From: a virus
Lineage: Duplodnaviria > Caudoviricetes
Reading direction: 5' to 3' (one strand)
IMG/VR virus record: IMGVR_UViG_3300005805_004238
Coordinates: 1-26,387 of that record
DNA: 26,387 bases
Part shown: one piece after another, positions 8,530-16,936 of the stretch
Numbering within the stretch: position 1 is the stretch's first letter
How the letters are laid out: every line of letters begins with the position of its first letter
The notes under the pieces: model-generated
The model's database searches: none
Seen by the model: the letters and a program-made list of their open reading frames with translations, nothing else
Told to the model about the DNA's origin: nothing
Program-made: the position numbers and the translations under genes

Positions 8530-9416
8530 TGCCAATTAATTCTTTAAACTCTGAAAATAAAAATTCTATAAATACAAATTTTATAACTGCTAATGGTGGA
8601 CAAGTAACTGAGTTTGATGAGGCTGGTATTACATATAAAGTTCATTCTTTTCTTTCTACCTCAAATTTTGTTGTTCAATCAGGAAGTGGTAGTGTTGAAT
8701 ATTTAGTAGTTGCTGGCGGTGGTGCAGGTGGTGGTAATGGTCACGTTGGTGGAGGCGGCGGCGGTGCTGGAGGTTATTTAACTGGAACATCTAATGTTAT
8801 TCCTCAAACTTATCCAGTAATAGTTGGTGCTGGTGGAGTTTGTCCACCTGGACAAGGTGGAACATCAGCAAAAGGTTTTGATTCAAGTTTTAACGCAATT
8901 GTTGCCCTTGGTGGTGGAGGTGGTGGCAATTATCAATATTCAGCACCAAGTTCTGGTGGATCTGGTGGTGGAGGAATGCATAGTAGTACTGCTGGTGGTG
9001 CTGGAACTGCTGGACAAGGACACGCTGGAGGTAATGGTGTTGGTGGATCACATCATTCTGGTGCTGGTGGTGGAGGTGCTGGATCTGTTGGATCAAATTC
9101 TGCTGAATTTGTAGGAGGAACTAATACAGGTGCTGGCGGAGTTGGTAAATCTAACTCTATAAGTGGAATTACAACACATTATGCAGGCGGTGGTGGAGGT
9201 GGTGCTGGACACAACAGTAGTGCACAAGATGGTGCACCTGGTGGTCTTGGTGGTGGAGGAAAAGGTGGTAGGCATGATGCTCTTTTAGGATATAATGGTC
9301 AACAAAATACTGGTGGTGGTGGAGGTGGTCGTGGTGGATCAAACTCTTCAACAAATAATAGAGCAGGTTCTAGCGGCGGTAGTGGAATAGTAATTTTAAG
9401 GTATAGGATAAAATAA
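8529..9416 (+). CDS. Glycine-rich domain protein 1 (putative polyglycine-II adhesin)
   Basis: KVHSF...EYLVVAGGGAGG...GGGGAGG...GGSGIVILRY. Confidence 0.7.
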   Translation: MPINSLNSENKNSINTNFITANGGQVTEFDEAGITYKVHSFLSTSNFVVQSGSGSVEYLVVAGGGAGGGNGHVGGGGGGAGGYLTGTSNVIPQTYPVIVGAGGVCPPGQGGTSAKGFDSSFNAIVALGGGGGGNYQYSAPSSGGSGGGGMHSSTAGGAGTAGQGHAGGNGVGGSHHSGAGGGGAGSVGSNSAEFVGGTNTGAGGVGKSNSISGITTHYAGGGGGGAGHNSSAQDGAPGGLGGGGKGGRHDALLGYNGQQNTGGGGGGRGGSNSSTNNRAGSSGGSGIVILRYRIK

Positions 9417-10297
9417 TGCCAATAAGTTCATTAAACTCAGAAAATAAAAACATTCAAAATTTACCAGTAATAACTGCTATAGGTGGAACCGTAACAACAT
9501 TTTCCAGTGGAGGTGTTAATTATAAAGTTCATACATTTACTACCTCTAGTGATTTTATAGTAGAATCTGGTACTGCACGAGTTGATTATTTAATAGTTGC
9601 TGGAGGAGGATCTGGCGGCGGCGGTGGACACAATGGTGGCGGTGGTGGAGGTGCTGGAGGTTATTTTCAAGGATACTTAACAGTTGGTCCTGGAACATAC
9701 CCAGTTCAAGTTGGTGCTGGTGGAGTTTGTCCTTCTGGACAAAATGGGCAAAATGGTAGTAATTCAAGTTTTAACTCTATAGTATGTTATGGTGGTGGTG
9801 GCGGTGGAAATATGCAATTTGGAGATGCTTTTTCTGGAGGTTCTGGTGGTGGAGGAACTCATTCTTATAGGGTAGGAGGAATTGGAGTAATTAATCAAGG
9901 AAATAAAGGTGGTGACGGTGTTACTGGTTCACATCATTCTGGTGGTGGAGGTGGTGGTGCAGGAAGTGTTGGAACTACTGCCGCTGAAACTAATGGTGGA
10001 ACAAACCCAGCATCTGGTGGTTCTGGAAAATCAAGTTCTATAAATAACGTATCTACTTTATATGCAGGTGGTGGAGGTGGTGGTGCTGGACACAATAGTA
10101 GTTCACAAATAGGTGCAGCAGGTGGTGCAGGTGGTGGAGGAAAAGGTGGAAATCATGATTCTGGTGCAGGAACTGCTGGAACTGCTAATACTGGCGGTGG
10201 CGGTGGAGGCACTGGAGGATCTAATAGTTCAGTAAATAATAGATCTGGTGCAAACGGCGGTAGTGGAATAGTAATTTTAAGATATAGAACATTATAA
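9416..10297 (+). CDS. Glycine-rich domain protein 2, tandem paralog of protein 1
   Basis: Same motif set; N-terminus MPISSLNSENKN vs MPINSLNSENKN. Confidence 0.7.
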   Translation: MPISSLNSENKNIQNLPVITAIGGTVTTFSSGGVNYKVHTFTTSSDFIVESGTARVDYLIVAGGGSGGGGGHNGGGGGGAGGYFQGYLTVGPGTYPVQVGAGGVCPSGQNGQNGSNSSFNSIVCYGGGGGGNMQFGDAFSGGSGGGGTHSYRVGGIGVINQGNKGGDGVTGSHHSGGGGGGAGSVGTTAAETNGGTNPASGGSGKSSSINNVSTLYAGGGGGGAGHNSSSQIGAAGGAGGGGKGGNHDSGAGTAGTANTGGGGGGTGGSNSSVNNRSGANGGSGIVILRYRTL

Positions 10298-10324
10298 GAT
10301 ATAATATAAAAGGAGGTAATAAAT

Positions 10325-10696
10325 ATGGCACATTTTGCAGAACTAAGTTCAGAAGGAATTGTTCAAAGAGTAATTGTTATTGACAATAATGATTGTAAAG
10401 ATACAGAAGGAAATGAATCAGAAATTATTGGTGCAGCATTTTGTACAAATCTATTAGGTGGTGTTTGGAAACAAACTTCATATAATGGAAATTTTAGAAA
10501 AAATTATGCTGGTATAGGATATAAGTATGATCCAATAAAAGATGCTTTTATTCCAGCACAACCATTTAAAAGTTGGATACTTGATGAAGAAACTTGTCAA
10601 TGGAAAGCCCCATTACCATATCCAGATGATAGTAAAAACTATTTTTGGAATGAAAACAAGGGGGAATGGGAAGAAAGTTTAATTCTTCCTGAATAA
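10325..10696 (+). CDS. Conserved phage protein associated with Gly-rich fibre genes
   Basis: MAHFAEL...WKQTSYN..FRKNYAGIGY.YD...DAFI..QP..SW.LDE.TC.W.AP; TATAAT 10300-10305 and SD AGGAGGT. Confidence 0.6.
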   Translation: MAHFAELSSEGIVQRVIVIDNNDCKDTEGNESEIIGAAFCTNLLGGVWKQTSYNGNFRKNYAGIGYKYDPIKDAFIPAQPFKSWILDEETCQWKAPLPYPDDSKNYFWNENKGEWEESLILPE

Positions 10697-11416
10697 TTGT
10701 CTAGAACAAGAGATATATCAAACATATTTGATGACAATAGTCCTATTGTTAATGATAATGAATTAATTATTGCTATCAATACCGCTTCGGCTGCGGCTGC
10801 TTCTTATGCAGATTCAGAGTTAGCAGTTATTGATTTATCTTCAACTATTCAAACAGCAAGTGCTGCCGCTGCTGCATATACAGATCAAGAATTATCAAGT
10901 ATAGATTTAACAAGTACTATTATTACGGCTTCAGCGGCTGCTGTTGCTTCGGCAAATTCATATACAGACTCAGAACTGTCTACAATAGATTTAACAAGTA
11001 CTATTATTACAGCAAGTGCTGCAGCAGTTAACTTTTTAACTGATTCTGCACCAGGAACTCTTGATACTCTTAATGAGTTGTCAGCCGCCTTGAATGATGA
11101 TCCTAATTTTTATTCAACTATTCAAGCAGTATATCTTTCACAGTCTAGTGCAAGTGCTACATATTTAACACAGTCAGAAGGATTAACAGCATTATCAGCA
11201 TCTTCAACTTATTTAACTATTACAGCAGCATCAGAAACATATGAACCAGATATTCCTTATGTTTCTGCTTCACCTTCTGCACCAAGTGCTGGAACTTTAT
11301 GGATTGACTCAACAAATTCAGCAGCACCCTCATTAAAAGTGTATAATGGAACTACATGGATTGCAGTATCTGGATCAGATTCTGGACTCCATCCATTCTT
11401 TACGGCGGGGATATAA
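10697..11416 (+). CDS. Short fibre protein
   Basis: TTG start; TASAAA..Y.D repeats; SAPGTLDTLNELSAALNDDPNF; GTLWIDS; ends HPFFTAGI. Confidence 0.65.
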   Translation: MSRTRDISNIFDDNSPIVNDNELIIAINTASAAAASYADSELAVIDLSSTIQTASAAAAAYTDQELSSIDLTSTIITASAAAVASANSYTDSELSTIDLTSTIITASAAAVNFLTDSAPGTLDTLNELSAALNDDPNFYSTIQAVYLSQSSASATYLTQSEGLTALSASSTYLTITAASETYEPDIPYVSASPSAPSAGTLWIDSTNSAAPSLKVYNGTTWIAVSGSDSGLHPFFTAGI

Positions 11417-11749
11417 ATGGCAAATAATTATAAATCACCAGTTCAGGTTGAACCAGCAGCCAATACCTACACTACCCTTTATACAGTTCCAGAAGGAACT
11501 CAAGCAATATTTTCTGCTATTAATGTTTGTAATACAGCATCAGTAGATGCTACGTTTAGAATTGCTTTTAGACCAAGTGGTGCTGCAATAGAAGACAAGC
11601 ATCACATTATTTATGATGCAACAATTGCTGGTAATGATACCTATATGATTAATCAAGGTATGTCTATGGGTGCTACAGATGTTTTATCAGTTCTTGCTTC
11701 CACCGCCAGCGTATGCTTTGTAGGTTTTTACGCTGAGGTGACACCATAA
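11417..11749 (+). CDS. Small structural adaptor-like protein, paralog of 8197-8529
   Basis: YKSP.Q.EPAANT..TLYTVP; 110 aa. Confidence 0.55.
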   Translation: MANNYKSPVQVEPAANTYTTLYTVPEGTQAIFSAINVCNTASVDATFRIAFRPSGAAIEDKHHIIYDATIAGNDTYMINQGMSMGATDVLSVLASTASVCFVGFYAEVTP

Positions 11750-12598
11750 ATGGGAATTAGTTCAATAAGAGAAACATCTTTTAATAGTAATTCACTTGCT
11801 CCTAATATAAATGCAACTGGTGGTAGTACAAGTTCTTATACATTAAATAATATAACATACCGTGTTCATTCTTTTACATCAAGTGGTAATTTTATTGTTT
11901 CTTCAGGAAGAGGTAATGTTGAATATATTATAGTTGCTGGAGGTGGTGGTGGTGGAGAAACTCACGGTGGTGGAGGTGGTGCTGGTGGAGTAGTACAATC
12001 AACTGCAACTGTTTTTCCCAATCAAACTTATTCAGTAGTTGTAGGAGGTGGTGGTAATCCTGCTGCTAATGGTTCAAATTCTTCTATTTTTAATAATACA
12101 GCAGTTGGTGGAGGTTATGGTGGAAATCATTCTCCACAACAGAGTGCTGGAAGTGGTGGTTCTGGTGGAGGAACACCAAGAGACGTAAACGGTATTCAAG
12201 GAGCAGGAACTTCTGGTCAAGGACATGCTGGTGGAGGAGGATATACTGGTGGACACGGTGGCGGTGGAGGTGGTGGAGGTGCTGGTGCAGTTGGAGGAAG
12301 TGGTTTTGGAAACGGAACTAGCGGAGCAGAAACAGCAGGAAATGGTGGTATTGGAATATCATCTTCTATAACTGGAGTTGCAACATTTTATGCTGGTGGT
12401 GGTGGAGGTTGTAATGGATCAGGTTCTAATGGTGGAGGTGGTGCTGGCGGTTCTGGTGGTGGTGGTGATGGTGCAAGTTTTGCACGATCTTCTACAAATG
12501 GAACTGCAAACACAGGTGGCGGTGGTGGAGCAAGAAGATCTGGTGGAAATGGTTCTGGCGGTAGTGGAATAGTAATTTTACGGTATAGAATTTCATAA
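11750..12598 (+). CDS. Glycine-rich domain protein 3
   Basis: RVHSFTSSG...EYIIVAGGGGGG...GGSGIVILRY. Confidence 0.7.
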   Translation: MGISSIRETSFNSNSLAPNINATGGSTSSYTLNNITYRVHSFTSSGNFIVSSGRGNVEYIIVAGGGGGGETHGGGGGAGGVVQSTATVFPNQTYSVVVGGGGNPAANGSNSSIFNNTAVGGGYGGNHSPQQSAGSGGSGGGTPRDVNGIQGAGTSGQGHAGGGGYTGGHGGGGGGGGAGAVGGSGFGNGTSGAETAGNGGIGISSSITGVATFYAGGGGGCNGSGSNGGGGAGGSGGGGDGASFARSSTNGTANTGGGGGARRSGGNGSGGSGIVILRYRIS

Positions 12599-12617
12599 AA
12601 GGGGTATATATAAATAA

Positions 12618-13394
12618 ATGTCAAATTCAAGAGAATTATCAAAAATTTTTACAGCAGATACAACTGTAACAACTCATAGTGAATTAATAACAACAGTTGC
12701 TGCTGCCTCTGCAAATATAATGCAAGAAGCAATGCAATACACTGATAATGCTACCCCCGACTTAACTCCTGCTATCCAAGCAGCATCTGCAGCAGCCGTA
12801 GCCTACACAGACCAAGAACTATCTAACATAGATTTAACAAGCACTATCATTACAGCAAGTGCAGCCGCTGCATCTTATACTGACAGTGAAATATCTGCCA
12901 TTGATTACTCAACAATTATTCAAACAGCATCTGCAGGAGCAGTAACATTCTTAACAGACTCAGCACCAGGAACACTAGACACTCTTAACGAATTATCGGC
13001 GGCATTGAATGATGATCCTAATTTTTATTCAACTATTCAATCAGTATATTTAACACAATCAAATGCTAGTGCAACATATCTTACTCAATCAAATGCAAGT
13101 TCAACATACTTGACACAATCAGCAGGATTAACAGCAGCAACTGCATCTACAACTTATTTGACCCAATCAAGTGCTAGCACTACTTACTTAACTCAATCAA
13201 GTGCTTCTACTCAATATGAAAAGTTAATACCTTATTCTACTTCTACCCCCGAAAGTCCAGTAACTGGAGATATGTGGCTTGATTCAAATACTACACCACC
13301 TGGATTAAAGGTTTATAATGGAAATGAGTGGATTCAACTTGGATCTGCTGTTGATGACAGTCAAGCAATAATTGCAGGGAGGATGTTCGCATAA
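12618..13394 (+). CDS. Short fibre protein, paralog of 10697-11416
   Basis: LDTLNEL motif; YLTQSxASxT repeats; GDMWLDS; ends DDSQAIIAGRMFA. Confidence 0.65.
   Translation: MSNSRELSKIFTADTTVTTHSELITTVAAASANIMQEAMQYTDNATPDLTPAIQAASAAAVAYTDQELSNIDLTSTIITASAAAASYTDSEISAIDYSTIIQTASAGAVTFLTDSAPGTLDTLNELSAALNDDPNFYSTIQSVYLTQSNASATYLTQSNASSTYLTQSAGLTAATASTTYLTQSSASTTYLTQSSASTQYEKLIPYSTSTPESPVTGDMWLDSNTTPPGLKVYNGNEWIQLGSAVDDSQAIIAGRMFA
13046..13218 (+). repeat. ~30-bp coding repeat (YLTQSxASxT), five copies, one with a 6-aa insertion
   Basis: YLTQSNASAT/YLTQSNASST/YLTQSAGLTAATASTT/YLTQSSASTT/YLTQSSASTQ. Confidence 0.8.
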
Positions 13395-14236
13395 TGAGCG
13401 GTATTCAAAGATTTGTTGTTTCTAAAAGAATTTCTAATATAAATGAAAATCTTGTACAATATGCTGACGCTAATGGTGGAAATAGTATTAATACGTCAAA
13501 CGGATATCGGGTTCATATTTTTACTGCTAACGGAACATTTAATCTTACAAGAGGACCAGGAAATAACTATCCATTAATTGAATACTTAGTTGTTGGCGGC
13601 GGCGGTGGTGGTGGAAACACTATGGGTGGTGGAGGTGGTGCTGGAGGATATTTAACTGGAAGTAGTACTTTAGCAATTGGAAGTTATTCAGTAGTTGTTG
13701 GTGGTGGTGGTGGTGGTGCTGGAAATAGAAACGTCCCTGGAAATGCTGGAAGTAATTCAAGTTTTTCAACAGCAAATGCAATAGGTGGTGGACCTGGTCA
13801 AAGTTGGGCAGGACATAATGGTGGAACATATGGATCTGGTGGAGGTGGTTCTCCTAACCATGGTCCAAACGCTGGAACCGCTGGACAAGGAAATAATGGT
13901 ATTTCTGCTCATGGTTCTCATGGAGGATATAGCGTAGCAGGTGGTGGAGGTGGAGTTGGTGGACAAACTGGAGACTTAAGAAATGGAATGCTTGGTGCAC
14001 TAAATTCAATTAGTAGTACAGCAACACATTATGCTGCAGGTGGTGGAGGTGGTTCTACTGGATTGACAAGTATTGGTGGATCTGGAATTGGTGGTGCTGG
14101 AACAAGCAATGGTGCAACTGGAGGAAATGGTGTAACAAACTCAGGTGCAGGTGGTGGAGGCGGAGGACACTCTGGTGACGGTGCTGGTGGAACTGGTGGT
14201 ACAGGAATAGTAATAGTTAGATATCTTTATGCCTAG
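13394..14236 (+). CDS. Glycine-rich domain protein 4
   Basis: RVHIFT...IEYLVVGGGGGGG...GGTGIVIVRY. Confidence 0.7.
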   Translation: MSGIQRFVVSKRISNINENLVQYADANGGNSINTSNGYRVHIFTANGTFNLTRGPGNNYPLIEYLVVGGGGGGGNTMGGGGGAGGYLTGSSTLAIGSYSVVVGGGGGGAGNRNVPGNAGSNSSFSTANAIGGGPGQSWAGHNGGTYGSGGGGSPNHGPNAGTAGQGNNGISAHGSHGGYSVAGGGGGVGGQTGDLRNGMLGALNSISSTATHYAAGGGGGSTGLTSIGGSGIGGAGTSNGATGGNGVTNSGAGGGGGGHSGDGAGGTGGTGIVIVRYLYA

Positions 14237-14555
14237 ATTTAAATCTACACAAAATATTTTTATAGATAATAAGGAAGTATATGAAGAAAATTGGTTTGAT
14301 AAACCTTTTTTAAGTTTACCCCCAAATCCTAAATGGGATAACTCAAGACCACTACAAGTAGAAGATGTTGATATTTGGGAAGTTATATCTGAACATGGTG
14401 GGGTATCTGGAGTATATGCATCATGGTGCCCATATGCTGAATTTTATATGCTAGTTTTAAAAGGAAATATAGATTCTACATATTATGGTATAGATAGTGA
14501 TAAACATCTTGCTAAAAGGTTAGATGAATTAAATATTTTATACCCAAAGAAATGA
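14229..14555 (+). CDS. Hypothetical phage protein
   Basis: 108-aa ORF overlapping upstream stop; WD.SR...EDVDIWEVI...GVYASW.PYAEFY. Confidence 0.55.
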   Translation: MPRFKSTQNIFIDNKEVYEENWFDKPFLSLPPNPKWDNSRPLQVEDVDIWEVISEHGGVSGVYASWCPYAEFYMLVLKGNIDSTYYGIDSDKHLAKRLDELNILYPKK

Positions 14556-14577
14556 TATAATCAAAGAGAGGTAAAAT

Positions 14578-14925
14578 ATGGCTACTTTTTCAAAGACTTT
14601 ACTTTCAGGATCAATCAATGGTGCATCAACATTAGTTTCTGCATCTGCAACACCTGGAACAACAATTCATACAGCACAGTCTGGAACATCTGGATTAGAT
14701 GAAGTATGGTTATATGCAGATAATTCAAGTTCTGCAACAGTTAAACTAACAGTAGAATTTGGTGGCACTGCAGAAAAAGATCAAATAGAGTTAAATATTC
14801 CTGGAGAATCAGGATTAGTATTAGTTGTACCAGGATTAGTTTTAAATAACTCTTTAGTTGTTAGGGCTTTTGCGGGTACAGCAAACGTAGTATCAATTTC
14901 AGGGTATGTAAATAGGATATCTTAA
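14578..14925 (+). CDS. Small structural adaptor-like protein, second type
   Basis: MATFSKTLLSGS...TIHTA...DEVWLYA.N...LTVEFGG...GYVNRI; TGA-TATAAT (14553-14561) and SD GAGGT. Confidence 0.55.
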   Translation: MATFSKTLLSGSINGASTLVSASATPGTTIHTAQSGTSGLDEVWLYADNSSSATVKLTVEFGGTAEKDQIELNIPGESGLVLVVPGLVLNNSLVVRAFAGTANVVSISGYVNRIS

Positions 14926-16520
14926 TCTTTATAAAAATTCTTTTTTAAATATTCATACATTGTAAGTTCTTTTTCTGCAGCCTTTTTCCATTTAGCCTGT
15001 CTTGATTCAAATCTTTCTTTCATTTCTTTTGCCATAGCATCATAGTTTTGATCGGGGTAGTATAATTCTTTAATCTTTATAATATAATCATCTACTAATT
15101 GATACCCCATCCCTGTTGATATATAGTTTATACCATTGATTGGATTCTGATAATCATATTGGAACATAAATATGTCTTCAAAGTTTAAATACCCTGCTTG
15201 AAAATTACCCTTACCTTGAATCATATCTTTACTAAATTCCTTGTTTGATATTTCTTTCCAATAATCTGTATCTGTTCTATTAGTCAAAGAATAATGCAAA
15301 CCAACAAATTCTGAAAAGTTTTTAACTAGTTGTCTAGTAGCAGTATTAAACATATCTTTATCAAATTGATTAATTTTTGGGGTTAATAATACTCTTACTA
15401 GTTTGAATAGGAATTCGTGAACACTATATAGTCCATTGCTTTCTAATGGTTCAATAAAGCCTGCAGATAATCCTATACCCACAACATTTTTTACCCATAC
15501 CCTTGAATGTATGCCAGTTTTCATAAATACTTTTCTGAATGGTAGAGCGTCTACTTCTTCTTTGGTTCTAGGTACTACCATTTTGTCTGACATTAAGTGC
15601 TGTTTAAATTCTTCTAAGGCTTCTTCTTCTGTAGTATGTTTTGTGCTATAAACATAGCCAGTTCCAATTCTTGAATACAAAGGTGTGTTCCAAACCCAAC
15701 CATTTCCTAGGGCTGTACAGTTTGTAAAAGGTTCCATTTCTGCATCTTTATCTTTATATTCTAATGGGGTTGCCCATGCACGATTATTAATTAGATTATC
15801 TTCAAATGACTCAAATGGCTCATTCAAAGCACCTTCTAAGAGCATACTTTTAAATCCACTGCAGTCAACAAATAGATCTGCCGTTATTGTCTTACCATTT
15901 GCTAAAACTAATTCAGTAATGCCTGATTCGTCTGTATTAACCTTTTCTATAGTTTCTATAATATGCTTTACACCCTTTGGTTTAGCATATTTTTCCTTTA
16001 GCCATTTTCCAAATTTAATAGCATCAAAATGATAAGCCAGGTCTAAATCAAAATTAAAGTTTTCAAACTGTTTATCTTTATTTTTAGATATCTTATTTGA
16101 TTCATAAAGTGCTGCTGATGGAAAATAAGACCTTGCAAAGTCTTCAACATGTATTTCTGGGTATTTATGCTTTACTAAGTGCCAATCCCACAAACCCCAA
16201 CCAGTACCTTCTGTAAATGGGCTACCAAAAGGATAATGGTATCCACCATCTCCTAAATGTCCAAAGTCATTAAACTTAATACTTAATTTGTATGTAGCGT
16301 CACAGTCTTTCATAAAGTCTTCATCTTTAATGTCTAAAATTTTAAGCCAGTTATTTATAAAAGCAGTTGTACTTTCTCCTACCCCGATAACTGGGACATC
16401 TGCTGACTCAATTAAAGTGATATGTTTTTTAGGAAAGAACTTTATAAGGGTTGCAGCAGCCATCCATCCAGATGTTCCACCACCAACAATAACAATGTTA
16501 TTAATATTTTCTGATTTCAT
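14922..16520 (-). CDS. Flavin-dependent (tryptophan halogenase-family) halogenase
   Basis: GGGTSGW FAD motif, GVGEST, DATYKLSIKF (catalytic Lys position), GWVWNTP, GFIEPLESNG. Confidence 0.9.
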   Translation of the reverse strand: MKSENINNIVIVGGGTSGWMAAATLIKFFPKKHITLIESADVPVIGVGESTTAFINNWLKILDIKDEDFMKDCDATYKLSIKFNDFGHLGDGGYHYPFGSPFTEGTGWGLWDWHLVKHKYPEIHVEDFARSYFPSAALYESNKISKNKDKQFENFNFDLDLAYHFDAIKFGKWLKEKYAKPKGVKHIIETIEKVNTDESGITELVLANGKTITADLFVDCSGFKSMLLEGALNEPFESFEDNLINNRAWATPLEYKDKDAEMEPFTNCTALGNGWVWNTPLYSRIGTGYVYSTKHTTEEEALEEFKQHLMSDKMVVPRTKEEVDALPFRKVFMKTGIHSRVWVKNVVGIGLSAGFIEPLESNGLYSVHEFLFKLVRVLLTPKINQFDKDMFNTATRQLVKNFSEFVGLHYSLTNRTDTDYWKEISNKEFSKDMIQGKGNFQAGYLNFEDIFMFQYDYQNPINGINYISTGMGYQLVDDYIIKIKELYYPDQNYDAMAKEMKERFESRQAKWKKAAEKELTMYEYLKKNFYKD

Positions 16521-16521
16521 A

Positions 16522-16824
16522 TTATCCTAAAAAGTGTTTTGCTATTGCAATAGTTGCGAGGGTAGTCCAAAGAATATTAAACCATATCAAAGTAGGAATA
16601 GTTTTTTTAGTAGAAGACCAAATTAAACCCACACTTGAGATAGCAGCAAAAATATAAAACCACCATATTTGAATACCAAATAGTAGACCTGGAATAATGA
16701 TCATACCTTTTACTACAAAAGCAAAGAATTCTACAGTATTTGGCCTATTCCAATACTTTTTATGTTTCATGGTTTTTAAGGCTTCTAGCCATTCCATGTG
16801 ACGAGCAACTTTTTTCTTTGACAT
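16522..16824 (-). CDS. Trp-rich small membrane protein (about 3 TM)
   Basis: Three hydrophobic segments, 7 Trp in 100 aa; 1 nt from halogenase start. Confidence 0.65.
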   Translation of the reverse strand: MSKKKVARHMEWLEALKTMKHKKYWNRPNTVEFFAFVVKGMIIIPGLLFGIQIWWFYIFAAISSVGLIWSSTKKTIPTLIWFNILWTTLATIAIAKHFLG

Positions 16825-16848
16825 ATGTCCCTACTTCTATAGAATTTA

Positions 16849-16922
16849 ATTCTACCAGAATATGAGGGGGTAGTCAAGCAAATCTATAATGATATAATAT
16901 GTATAGTTATCTATGTTATAAT
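16849..16922. promoter_or_regulatory. Divergent promoters
   Basis: Minus: TTGACT (16877-16872)-17-TAGAAT (16854-16849) with TG extension. Plus: TGA-TATAAT (16890-16898) and TGT-TATAAT (16914-16922). Confidence 0.65.
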
Positions 16923-16936
16923 TTTATAGAGGTACC

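Noticed and set aside
8824-13966. His/Gln-, Pro-, Thr- and Val-rich short ORFs overlapping the Gly-rich genes
   Set aside because: Alternate-frame or antisense shadows of GGT/GGA codon runs; no start signals
8529-14236. Diversity-generating retroelement or shufflon acting on the Gly-rich paralogs
   Set aside because: No reverse transcriptase or recombinase in the window, no adenine-specific TR/VR pair and no inverted crossover sites seen
15436-16530. Plus-strand ORFs inside the halogenase
   Set aside because: Antisense shadows of a well-supported gene
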